Positions 56,012-63,936 of a stretch of 64,000 nucleotides of DNA are shown piece after piece. Source of the DNA: Candidatus Brennerbacteria bacterium (GTDB lineage Bacteria > Patescibacteriota > Minisyncoccia > UBA6257 > GWB1-50-10); NCBI GenBank assembly GCA_016183535.1, contig JACPEK010000004.1, positions 141,807 through 205,806 of the forward strand, given 5' to 3'. The notes beneath the pieces are model-generated. The model ran no database searches, was not told the DNA's origin, and worked only from the letters and a program-made list of their open reading frames with translations. A program made the position numbers and the translations under genes. Numbering within the stretch: the stretch's first letter is position 1; every line of letters starts with the position of its first letter.

Positions 56012-56015
56012 TATT

Positions 56016-56396
56016 ATGGAAAACCCGCAAGAGAATTGCGTATTCTGCCGGATTCTAAAAAAAGAAATTTCCGCGGATTTTGCGTATGAAGACGACGCGG
56101 TGGCGGTGTTCGCCGATATCAAGCCGTCCGCGCCGGTGCACTATCTCGTCGTGCCGAAGCGGCACGTGGATTCGGTAATGGCACTTGATGATACTGACGG
56201 CGTGCTCGCGGGCGCGCTTATCCTCGCCGCGAAGAAAGTGGCCGCCGCGAAAGGACTCAAAGGATACCGGCTTGTATTCAACGTTGGCCGCGAGGGTGGT
56301 CAGGTGGTGGATCACCTCCATCTCCACCTCATTGGAGGATGGACGAAGCCGGAGGAAGGCACGGTGTTTGAAGCGGAGATCCTTCGCGCGCCGTGA
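56016..56396 (+). CDS. HIT-family (histidine triad) nucleotide hydrolase
   Basis: Contains HLHLHLIGG (the HxHxHxx motif). Confidence 0.85.
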   Translation: MENPQENCVFCRILKKEISADFAYEDDAVAVFADIKPSAPVHYLVVPKRHVDSVMALDDTDGVLAGALILAAKKVAAAKGLKGYRLVFNVGREGGQVVDHLHLHLIGGWTKPEEGTVFEAEILRAP

Positions 56397-56448
56397 GTCG
56401 AAAAAGATTGACTAATTGTTGACTACCCGTTACTAATTATTACTACCC

Positions 56449-56676
56449 ATGCCAATAAAAGTAAAAAAGCGTGAAGGTGAGAGCGTGAACACGCTCCTCT
56501 ATCGCTTCAATAAGCGGGTTCAGCAGAGCGGTCTCGTGCGCGAGGTGCGCAAGCGCCAGTTTCGGAAGCGGGTCGAGAACCGGCGGAAGCGTAAAGACGC
56601 CGCCCTCTACCGGAAGAACAAGCAGGAAGCCACGGCGCGCGACCGAAAGTTGGGGCTTGTGTCCCGCGAGCGATAA
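56449..56676 (+). CDS. rpsU: 30S ribosomal protein S21
   Basis: Translation begins MPIKVKKREGESVNTLLYRFNKRVQQSGLVREVRKRQF..., colinear with the bacterial S21 pattern MPxIxVREnE...ALRRFKR...G...E.RRR. Confidence 0.75.
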   Translation: MPIKVKKREGESVNTLLYRFNKRVQQSGLVREVRKRQFRKRVENRRKRKDAALYRKNKQEATARDRKLGLVSRER

Positions 56677-56678
56677 CC

Positions 56679-57158
56679 ATGGCGAACCTTCACGAACGGA
56701 TCGCCGCTGACGCCGCCTCCGCCGCGAAAGCGGGCGATGATGTGCGACGCGACGCGCTTCGTTTCCTTCTCGCCTCGCTCCACAATCGTAAAATAGAGAA
56801 AAAAGGAAAAGGAGACGCCGCCGCGCTTACCGATGACGATGTACGTGCGGTAATCGAGCGCGAGGCGAAAAAACGAAAAGAAGCGATCGAGTTTTTTGAA
56901 AAAGGAGGTCGTCCCGCGCAGGCGGTGAAGGAGCGCGCCGAGCTCGGAGTGCTTGAGGAATATCTTCCCGCCGCGCTTCCCGATGCGGAAATTGCGCGTT
57001 TGATAGAAGAGGCGATCCGCGTGTCGGGCGCCTCGGACGTGAAAGAGATGGGTAAGGCGATGGCCGCGTTCCGCGAGCTTTTAGGAAAAACAGCGCCGGG
57101 ATTCCGCGCAGATGCGGGCGCGGTAAGCGCGAAGATTAAAGTTCGCCTGTCCGCGTAG
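56679..57158 (+). CDS. GatB/YqeY-domain protein
   Basis: YqeY-like layout: N-terminal helix bundle, LTDDDVRAVIEREAKKRKEAIEFFEKGGR, LEEYLP. Confidence 0.8.
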   Translation: MANLHERIAADAASAAKAGDDVRRDALRFLLASLHNRKIEKKGKGDAAALTDDDVRAVIEREAKKRKEAIEFFEKGGRPAQAVKERAELGVLEEYLPAALPDAEIARLIEEAIRVSGASDVKEMGKAMAAFRELLGKTAPGFRADAGAVSAKIKVRLSA

Positions 57159-57178
57159 GCACGTCCATTATTGGAGCG

Positions 57179-57631
57179 ATGGTAAAACCTCCCCGCGCGT
57201 CCATTGTTTTCCATGCGTCGGAACCTCGTTTCGCTTGCTTCGCGGCTTCGGTGCGCCGTGTATTGCGCACTTCGCTTTTACGCCTCTCAAAACACCCCGC
57301 CGCCCTCGGCGTTTTTTTGGTTTCCGACGCCGAGATGAGACGCATTAACCGCCGCGCGAAGGGGAAAGATCGCCCGACGAACGTCTTGTCTTTTGTGGAG
57401 CCGCCGCAGATGCCCCACCCGGAACTCCCGCGCGCGGTGCGCGCGCGGGGGGAAATATTTCTCGCGCCAGATTTCATCGCGCGCCGTAACGAGGACATTA
57501 AACTGCTCGCGGTGCACGGACTTCTCCACCTTTTCGGGTATACGCACGGAAGCGCGCGTGATAGGATGAGGATGGAACGCAAGGAACGTCAACTTCTCAT
57601 CCCTCATGTCGTACGTGGTAACCGGTATTGA
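57179..57631 (+). CDS. ybeY: rRNA maturation endoribonuclease YbeY
   Basis: Zn-binding motif reads HGLLHLFGYTH (HxxxHxxxxxH). Confidence 0.85.
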   Translation: MVKPPRASIVFHASEPRFACFAASVRRVLRTSLLRLSKHPAALGVFLVSDAEMRRINRRAKGKDRPTNVLSFVEPPQMPHPELPRAVRARGEIFLAPDFIARRNEDIKLLAVHGLLHLFGYTHGSARDRMRMERKERQLLIPHVVRGNRY

Positions 57632-58823
57632 TATTGGTTCGAGCGCGGTGCGCGGCGCGGTCGCGGAGATCGGACAGGACGGAAAACTGGCCGTGCGGCA
57701 CACGTTCGCGCGCCCTTCGGCGGGATTCCGCCGCGGCGTGCTTGTGGACGCGGAGGAAGCGACACACGTGCTTCGCGACGCCGCGCTCATTTTGAAAAAC
57801 ATTTCGCGGCGCGCCATGCAGAACGTATTTGTGAACGTCGCGAGTGAACACGTCCGCGCCCGTCCCTCGCGGGGTATTGTGGCGGTCGCGCGCGCGGATC
57901 AGGAGATTCAAGAGGAAGACATCGGGCGTGTTATCGAGGCGTCCCGCGCGGTGAAACTTCCGCCGAATGCGACGGTGCTTCATCACATCGTACGCGAATA
58001 TTTTGTGGACGATGTGGGTGATATCGCGAATCCTCTCGGTATGAACGGGAGCCGTCTTGAGGTGTCCGCGTTGGTGGTGGAGGCGTTTGGGCCTCACGTG
58101 AACGTGCTCGTGAAGGCGCTCGAGCGGGTAGGACTCAAAGTGGGCGGCCTTATCGTGAATCCTCTTGCGGCGGCGCAGAGCACGCTCTCGAAACGCCAGA
58201 AGGAACTCGGGTGTTTGCTCGTTGATTTCGGTTTCGGCACGACCTCGCTTGTGATGTATGAAGAGGGCAAGGTGGCGCACGTAAAGGTTATTCCCGTGGG
58301 AGCGGGCCACGTGACGAACGATATCGCGGTAGGCCTCCGAACGTCGGTGGACGTCGCGGAGCGCCTCAAACTTGAGTTCGGCGCCGCGTCGGCGCGCGAT
58401 GTGAATCGGAAGGAAACGGTGCCCCTCAAAGAATTCGATCCTTCGGCGGATGCCGAAGTAACGCGGAGATTTCTCGCGGAAATCATCGAGGTACGGATCG
58501 AGGAGATTGTGGGGCTCATTAAAGCCGAGATAAAGGCGGTAGGGCGCGATCTTGAATTTCCCGGCGGCGCGGTGCTTGTGGGCGGCGGCGCGCGCCTCGC
58601 GGGTCTCCCCGCGCTCGTGAAGGAAGAGCTCAAAATTCCCGTCCAAGTCGGGGTCCCGTATCTCAACGAGTTTTCAATAGAGCGGACGGAGCATCGCGAT
58701 CTCCTTGAAGACCCGCGCGCGGCGACTCTCACGGGCCTCATGCTCTGGGGCGCGACCGAACAGCCCACCTCCCCGCTTTCGGGAAATCCAGTGAAGAAGT
58801 TGCTTAAGTACTTCATTCCATAG
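57606..58823 (+). CDS. ftsA: Cell division protein FtsA (actin fold)
   Basis: Contains VTGIDIGSSAVRGAV (phosphate 1), LVDFGFGTTSL and VLVGGGARLAGL. Confidence 0.85.
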   Translation: MSYVVTGIDIGSSAVRGAVAEIGQDGKLAVRHTFARPSAGFRRGVLVDAEEATHVLRDAALILKNISRRAMQNVFVNVASEHVRARPSRGIVAVARADQEIQEEDIGRVIEASRAVKLPPNATVLHHIVREYFVDDVGDIANPLGMNGSRLEVSALVVEAFGPHVNVLVKALERVGLKVGGLIVNPLAAAQSTLSKRQKELGCLLVDFGFGTTSLVMYEEGKVAHVKVIPVGAGHVTNDIAVGLRTSVDVAERLKLEFGAASARDVNRKETVPLKEFDPSADAEVTRRFLAEIIEVRIEEIVGLIKAEIKAVGRDLEFPGGAVLVGGGARLAGLPALVKEELKIPVQVGVPYLNEFSIERTEHRDLLEDPRAATLTGLMLWGATEQPTSPLSGNPVKKLLKYFIP

Positions 58824-58864
58824 TAGGCTGAACTGGATATTAGATAACGATTTCTCTCGTCGTC

Positions 58865-60103
58865 ATGAAAAAAAGAAGCGTGAAAAAGCGAGAACCAAAA
58901 AGAAAAAAAACGCTTGCGTCTCGCGTGAAACAGGGGAAGGGAACCTTCACGCGCATCAAAGTGGTGGGCGTGGGGGGCGGCGGTGGGAACGCGGTGAGCC
59001 GCATGATGGCGGAGAGCGACCGCATTCGTGGTGTGGAATTTATCGCCGTGAATACCGACGCGCAGGATTTGGACCACGCGAACGCGCATAAAAAAATTTA
59101 TATCGGCCGCGCGCTCACCCACGGTTTGGGCGCCGGCATGAACCCGGAGATCGGAAAGCAGGCGGCGGAGGAAAACCGTTCGGAGATCGGCGAGGCGTTG
59201 GACGCGGCGGACGTGGTATTCCTCACGGCAGGCTTCGGAGGCGGCACGGGCACCGGCGCTCTGCCGGTGATTGCCGAGGTCGCGCGTGAGAAGGGGATTC
59301 TCACGCTTGCGGTCGTTACGCGCCCCTTCTCCTTCGAGGGGAGTCAGCGAATGACGATTGCGCAGGAGGGGCTCGTGCGGCTCAAAGACAAGGTGGACGC
59401 GCTGGTGGTCATTCCGAACGACCGCATTTTCAGCATCATCGACAAGGACACGTCGGTCACACGGGCGTTCACCCACATTGACGATGTGTTAAAGAGCGCC
59501 GTGAAGGCCATCGCGGACCTCGTGAACGTGCCCGGTATCATCAATATTGATTTTGCGGACATTAAGACGACTTTGAAAGACGCTGGCACAACCCTCATCG
59601 GTATTGGCGTGGCGTCGGGTCCCGAGCGGGGTGTGAAGGCGGTGGAAGCCGCGGCAAATTCCCCGCTCCTCGAGACGGCGATGGAGGGAGCGAAAGGACT
59701 TCTCTTTAGTATCGCCGGCGGGCGAGATCTCAAAATGGCGGAGGTGTACGACATTGCAAAGGCGATCGCGGGAACCCTCGACGCCGGCGCGCGGGTCATC
59801 TTCGGTGCCTATTACGACCGCGGTCTCTCGGAGAAGAGTATTAAAGTGACGGTGATCGCGACGGGCTTCAACGGCGGCTGGTCGGAAGGAAACCGTCTCC
59901 CGCTCCATTCGCTCTTCGCGAAAGACGCGGGAGGTTCGCCGGGTTCCATGAAAGTGAAGAAGGAAATCCTCGTTCCGGCACAGAACAAAAAAGAAGAGGA
60001 ACTAAGAGAAGAGGAAGGAGACGCGATTTCTTCGGCGAAGCCGCTTTCGAAGGAAGAAGCGTGGGAAATCCCGGCGTTTCTCCGGAAAAAGAAACGAAGA
60101 TAA
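58865..60103 (+). CDS. ftsZ: Cell division GTPase FtsZ
   Basis: Contains VVGVGGGGGNAV and the tubulin signature GGGTGTGALPV. T7 loop region reads NVPGIINIDFADI. Confidence 0.95.
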   Translation: MKKRSVKKREPKRKKTLASRVKQGKGTFTRIKVVGVGGGGGNAVSRMMAESDRIRGVEFIAVNTDAQDLDHANAHKKIYIGRALTHGLGAGMNPEIGKQAAEENRSEIGEALDAADVVFLTAGFGGGTGTGALPVIAEVAREKGILTLAVVTRPFSFEGSQRMTIAQEGLVRLKDKVDALVVIPNDRIFSIIDKDTSVTRAFTHIDDVLKSAVKAIADLVNVPGIINIDFADIKTTLKDAGTTLIGIGVASGPERGVKAVEAAANSPLLETAMEGAKGLLFSIAGGRDLKMAEVYDIAKAIAGTLDAGARVIFGAYYDRGLSEKSIKVTVIATGFNGGWSEGNRLPLHSLFAKDAGGSPGSMKVKKEILVPAQNKKEEELREEEGDAISSAKPLSKEEAWEIPAFLRKKKRR

Positions 60104-60106
60104 TAA

Positions 60107-60133
60107 AAACCGCCCGAGGGCGGTTTTTCTTTT
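60107..60133 (+). terminator. Rho-independent terminator after ftsZ (abuts the 3' end of the convergent tRNA-Lys)
   Basis: aaaccgccc-gag-ggcggttt followed by ttcttttac. Confidence 0.5.
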
Positions 60134-60142
60134 ACTGTCATC

Positions 60143-60218
60143 TGGTGCCTCCTGCAGGGATCGAACCTGCGACCGTCTCCTTAAAAGGGAGCTGCTCTAC
60201 CAACTGAGCTAAGGAGGC
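60143..60218 (-). tRNA. tRNA-Lys (anticodon UUU), CCA encoded
   Basis: Reverse complement is GCCTCCTTAGCTCAGTTGGTAGAGCAGCTCCCTTTTAAGGAGACGGTCGCAGGTTCGATCCCTGCAGGAGGCACCA. Fully paired 7-bp acceptor stem. D-loop AGTTGGTA. Anticodon loop CTTTTAA. T-loop TTCGATC. Confidence 0.85.
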
Positions 60219-60283
60219 AAAACGTTTTTTGTATAGTACCCCGTGATTTCGATTTCGGCAACGATTCGGGTAGGATAGAGCGA

Positions 60284-60672
60284 ATGCCGCTTTCGAACCC
60301 GTTCACGCGCGAAGAGGAAGTCGTTCATACGTTCACATTCTCGGCCGTATCGTTCCGCGACGTGAAGGCGATCTATATTATATGACCGCCGCGGTCGCGG
60401 CCGTGGTGTGCCAAACACTGGAGAGCGGCAAAGCTTTCATGAACGCCTCATCAACCGCCATCGTCCGGCCATGGCTCCAGGATTTCGATATTGGCGCGAC
60501 GTATGATGTGCCGATGGTACGTGCGGAAATCCAGGCGGTGAAAGATGTGGGAGCGGAGGACACGTGGATGATCTGGAACCCCGCGAACGTGTACGAGTGG
60601 AACGAATTCCTCCCGGCGATCAAACGTGCTAGGGTGGGGTGCCGACGCCGCGCTTCACCGCGCTTATGGTGA
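60284..60672 (+). pseudogene. Possible frameshifted or truncated gene remnant (two adjacent short ORFs, 60284-60385 and 60382-60672; the latter resembles the C-terminus of a putative glycoside-hydrolase-like family)
   Basis: The 35-aa ORF MPLSNPFTREEEVVHTFTFSAVSFRDVKAIYII overlaps the next ORF by ATGA in a different frame. That next ORF ends in ...VRPWLQDFDIGATYDVPMVRAEIQ...WMIWNPANVYEWNEF. No N-terminal catalytic part is present. Confidence 0.25.
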
Positions 60673-60904
60673 CGCTCGTGACGTCGATGAGACGCCCAAT
60701 CTTCTGGTAGCTCATGCCGCGTTCGAGGAGCACGGTGATCGCGAGGCGTTTTTCAAGCGCGATGATCTCGGCGGGGGTTAAGACCCTGCGGAGCGCAGTG
60801 AGAAGCGCGTCCTCCGAGTGCGCGTTTCCTACAAGGTGGGAGAAGCGTTTCCATGCTTCTTTCTTTAGGTCTCCTTTGATGCGGTTTTTATTCACGCGGA
60901 CCAT
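60629..60904 (-). CDS. TrpR-related YerC/YecD-family DNA-binding protein
   Basis: Contains LLTALRRVLTPAEIIALEKRLAITVLLERGMSYQKIGRLIDVTSVTISAVKRG, matching the Trp-repressor-like HTH pattern. Confidence 0.7.
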   Translation of the reverse strand: MVRVNKNRIKGDLKKEAWKRFSHLVGNAHSEDALLTALRRVLTPAEIIALEKRLAITVLLERGMSYQKIGRLIDVTSVTISAVKRGVGTPP

Positions 60905-60954
60905 ATCGTTGCTCTAGTATATCATATTATAGTAGGCAGAGGATGAAGGGCGGG

Positions 60955-60974
60955 CCTGCCTGCCGGCAGGCAGG
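60955..60974. promoter_or_regulatory. Perfect 20-bp GC-rich palindrome CCTGCCTGCCGGCAGGCAGG between divergent yerC-like and HNH genes (operator candidate)
   Basis: Read directly. The reverse complement of the first half equals the second half. It is flanked by TATAAT-like boxes for both divergent genes. Confidence 0.4.
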
Positions 60975-61018
60975 TTGAAAAGGGGAGATACCTTAACACA
61001 TTGTGCTATAATGATTGT

Positions 61019-61381
61019 ATGCTGAAGCATTGCAGGCGGCATGGCGATGTAAACCACTTCAAGCGGCTTGACGGGTCCCTTCGCTGTGGAAAATGTGCTT
61101 CAGAATGGGTTGTAGCGAGCAGGATTCGAAAGAAAGAACGGTTAGTAAAGCAGTGCGGCGGTAAATGTAGAATCTGCGGATATGGAAAATATGTAGGCGC
61201 ACTCGATTTTCATCATAAAGATCCCTCGAAGAAGTCTTTTGCGTTAAGTGTTCGTGGCCTCTGCTACTCCTGGGATGCCATCGAGCGAGAGGCAAAGAAA
61301 TGCGTACTTCTTTGCAAGAATTGCCATGCAGAGGTTGAAAACGGTATAACGGTGTTGCACAATAAGCGCATTCCCCGGTAG
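61019..61381 (+). CDS. HNH endonuclease-family protein with Cys-rich zinc-binding motifs
   Basis: Contains CGKCASEW, CGGKCRICGY, DFHHKDP and LLCKNCHAEVENG (HNH: H-H...N...CxxCH). An extended -10 TGCTATAAT at 61004-61012 lies directly upstream. The 3' end overlaps the start of tRNA-Asn. Confidence 0.6.
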   Translation: MLKHCRRHGDVNHFKRLDGSLRCGKCASEWVVASRIRKKERLVKQCGGKCRICGYGKYVGALDFHHKDPSKKSFALSVRGLCYSWDAIEREAKKCVLLCKNCHAEVENGITVLHNKRIPR

Positions 61382-61446
61382 CACAGTGGTAGTGCAACTC
61401 CCTGTTAAGGAGTGGGTCGTAGGTTCGAATCCTACCCGGGGAGCCA
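61372..61446 (+). tRNA. tRNA-Asn (anticodon GUU), CCA encoded
   Basis: Sequence is TCCCCGGTAGCACAGTGGTAGTGCAACTCCCTGTTAAGGAGTGGGTCGTAGGTTCGAATCCTACCCGGGGAGCCA. Paired 7-bp acceptor stem. Anticodon loop CTGTTAA. T-loop TTCGAAT. Confidence 0.85.
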
Positions 61447-63060
61447 AGATGTACTTTTTACTAAATTTTCCCCAATAACCCCTGGGGCTATTGGGTTTTC
61501 GGAGGTTCGAGCAGAAACAGTTACAGCTCCAACTTTAGAAGTATTCCCAAAGAGAGTTTGGAACACGGGACGCAGTTGTATCTTCAATTTTCCGCCTTCA
61601 ACGAGGAGGTTCGAGCCGAGGCAAGCAAGAATGGCTCGTTTTACATCCAGGTCTCCCTTCTCAAACCAGGCACGCGCGTATCGCGCAAAATTGAATGTGC
61701 GTTCGCTTAGTTCAACCCACTGCTCTAATTCACTGCCCTGGCTCCGAAGAGCGCTCTCAAGCGATTCTTTGCGCTTTAGGAGGGTACTCTTAAGGGAGTC
61801 GTATTCGGCATCGGAAATGAGTTTCCCGTCTTTGTTTTGGACTGAAGTGTACTTGAGTAGCAACGAGCCAAGTTGTTCCGATACTTCTTCTAAATCTTTC
61901 TGCTTATTCTGGAAAGCAATGTGCTGGGTGGTAGCTTCATTCGTTCTAATTTCGTGGAGATACTTTATAGCCCAATTCTTGAACTCCTCCGAAACCGTAA
62001 TACCCTCCAACGCCCCATCTATTTGGCGGTGTAATTCCTTTACCTCAACGGATTTTTCAAGACAGTTTGGGTTCTTTTTCTTCGTGCAGTGATAGTAGAT
62101 ATAGTGGTGCACATTCCCATTTTTCTGATGTTTGAACTTTTCTTCTGCTGTAACAGCAGACCCGCAAACAGCGCACCTCATCAAGCCAGTGAAGGCGAAT
62201 AGGTGGGATTTTGGGGCTGGCTTTCCTTTCCTTCCTAAAATCACTTGCACCCGTTGATATTCTTCTTCGGTAATCATAGGTTTATGTCCTCCCTTAATCC
62301 AGTTACCACTACCTACGGGGAACTCAAAATAGCCATAATAAAATGGACTGGTAAAGAGTTTATAAATTGCACTGCGAGACATAGGTTTTCCACCCTCGTT
62401 TCTTCTTTGAACGGTTCGATAGCCCCACTCTGTATTTGCTATTTTCCAAATGCGGGGAGCAGTGTAGTTTCCAGTTAACATCAAGTCCCACATCCTACGC
62501 ACTAAAGGAAAGCGCTCTGGGTCTTCCACAATTGTTTTATAACCCTTGTTTCTATCTGGCGTGTTTAAGTACCCAGCTGGCGCAACGCTTGGTAGCCACC
62601 CTGCTTTAGCTTTATTTCTCAAACCACGCTTAACATTTGTAGAAAGGTCTCGAACAAATTGATTTGCCATTCCAAATTCAACACTCATCATCAAAACATT
62701 GTCTGTCGGATAATAACTTCGCTCAAAGGTTTGAATGTGCTGTATCACGCCTTGTTGGAGCATCCAGTTAATAGTTCCGCCATCTACAGGATTACGAGCA
62801 AGTCGGTCTAATTTCCAACAGATAATTCCCTGCGCTTCACCTTTGTATATGCGCTGAATCATATCGTTGAAAATAGGTCTCCCAGGAGCTTTTGCGGATT
62901 GTGCTTCAGAGAGAATATCCAACACTTCCAAGTTTGCACCCCGCGCGAGTTTAGTTAATTCTTCAATTTGTGCCTCAATAGAAGCAACCTGTCTATCCTC
63001 CGCCTCACTGGATTTACGAGGATAGACGAAATATTTAATTTTTTGTTGTGCGTTTTTCAC
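61432..63060 (-). CDS. Large serine recombinase (resolvase/invertase N-domain + recombinase domain + zinc ribbon)
   Basis: N-terminus reads YFVYPRKSSEAEDRQVASIEAQ (catalytic Ser context Y-x-R-x-S-S), followed by ICWKLDRLARN. C-terminal Zn ribbon reads CAVCGSAVTAEEKFKH...YYHC. The 3' end overlaps tRNA-Asn by about 15 nt. Confidence 0.85.
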   Translation of the reverse strand: MKNAQQKIKYFVYPRKSSEAEDRQVASIEAQIEELTKLARGANLEVLDILSEAQSAKAPGRPIFNDMIQRIYKGEAQGIICWKLDRLARNPVDGGTINWMLQQGVIQHIQTFERSYYPTDNVLMMSVEFGMANQFVRDLSTNVKRGLRNKAKAGWLPSVAPAGYLNTPDRNKGYKTIVEDPERFPLVRRMWDLMLTGNYTAPRIWKIANTEWGYRTVQRRNEGGKPMSRSAIYKLFTSPFYYGYFEFPVGSGNWIKGGHKPMITEEEYQRVQVILGRKGKPAPKSHLFAFTGLMRCAVCGSAVTAEEKFKHQKNGNVHHYIYYHCTKKKNPNCLEKSVEVKELHRQIDGALEGITVSEEFKNWAIKYLHEIRTNEATTQHIAFQNKQKDLEEVSEQLGSLLLKYTSVQNKDGKLISDAEYDSLKSTLLKRKESLESALRSQGSELEQWVELSERTFNFARYARAWFEKGDLDVKRAILACLGSNLLVEGGKLKIQLRPVFQTLFGNTSKVGAVTVSARTSENPIAPGVIGENLVKSTSWLPG

Positions 63061-63396
63061 TTATTTCTTGTGCTCAACGGTAGAGCCGTACTTTTTGGCT
63101 AATTCCTCTTTTGCTTGTTCCAGAAGTAGTAATTTTTCATTTGCGTATGAGCGAGCCTCCTCCTTTTCTTCCATTGAACCATAAGCGAGATTGTGCATCT
63201 CGTAACGCAACAAAGTTATTTCCTCCTCCTTTTCTTCTATAGAGTTAAACATTAATGCTAGTCCGAGAAGTATAAAGAAAGCTGTCCATCCGAAGTTTTC
63301 TCCGACCAACACAGTATCCACTCTCAAAAACCATATAAGCGCCAACACCGCTATGGCTATAAATACCTTCTTAATTGTTTTTGGCTTGTAATTCAT
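63061..63396 (-). CDS. Hypothetical small membrane protein (2 TM helices + charged coiled-coil tail) within the putative element
   Basis: Translation is MNYKPKTIKKVFIAIAVLALIWFL...WTAFFILLGLALMF followed by an EEKEEE-rich tail. Start chosen at internal Met (63396). The ORF could extend to 63444. Confidence 0.4.
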   Translation of the reverse strand: MNYKPKTIKKVFIAIAVLALIWFLRVDTVLVGENFGWTAFFILLGLALMFNSIEEKEEEITLLRYEMHNLAYGSMEEKEEARSYANEKLLLLEQAKEELAKKYGSTVEHKK

Positions 63397-63433
63397 AAGT
63401 GCTTGGAAAATCAAAAAGGGACTACCCGCCGAC

Positions 63434-63548
63434 TTGCGTCCCACATTTCAGAACACCGTGAGGTGTCCTTAGTGGAAGTCGGGAGTAGCCCCTTCCTGCC
63501 CGCTAAGGACACAAAAACCTCACGAATATACTGAAATATGGGACGCAA
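63434..63548. repeat. Long imperfect inverted repeat (about 40-bp arms, about 30-bp spacer) between two minus-strand genes
   Basis: Arm 1 is ttgcgtcccacatttcagaacaccgtgaggtgtccttag. The reverse complement of arm 2 is ttgcgtcccatatttcagtatattcgtgaggtttttgtgtccttag. About 32 positions pair, arranged in blocks. Confidence 0.6.
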
Positions 63549-63561
63549 ATTAATAATAGCA

Positions 63562-63936
63562 CTATTCTGGTTGATTTTGAAGTAAGATTTTTTTGATAAT
63601 TCCATACAAATAAGCTGGCGGATTATCTATTCTTTTCCCGCCTTGTCTGTCCTCGCGGTATCTGCCCCAAGCGTTATCTATGATTCGTATTCCGTGCTTT
63701 CGTAGTACATTAAGAAGTGGGTTTATGTATTCTTCCCCGACTTCCGTTGCTATTTCTTTGCAACGCGACTCTTCCGTTGATTGAGGCTCAAAATCTGCTA
63801 CGAGCGTTCTCTTAAAAGTTTTTTTACTTAGCGTAAATTCAATATCTTTGTAAGTGTTCGTGTCGTTATAGAGACCTCTGGGTTGGTCTTTTGCTGAATC
63901 AGGGGAAAAGCGTTTTATTAATTCGCTTTTTGCCAC
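63562..63936 (-). CDS. Hypothetical protein (may extend beyond the listed start toward the window end)
   Basis: 124-aa ORF in the AT-rich element region. No motif recognised. Confidence 0.3.
   Translation of the reverse strand: MAKSELIKRFSPDSAKDQPRGLYNDTNTYKDIEFTLSKKTFKRTLVADFEPQSTEESRCKEIATEVGEEYINPLLNVLRKHGIRIIDNAWGRYREDRQGGKRIDNPPAYLYGIIKKILLQNQPE

Noticed and set aside
56408-56447. Possible rpsU promoter (TTGACT-17-TACTAA, with a second TTGACT 11 bp downstream) giving a near-leaderless transcript
   Set aside because: The -10 is weak and there are several alternative alignments. I could not choose among them from sequence alone, so it is not reported as a feature.
57597-59476. 349-aa and 460-aa minus-strand ORFs antisense to ftsA and ftsZ
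   Set aside because: ftsA and ftsZ are unambiguous in the + frames. The antisense products are Arg/His-rich shadows.
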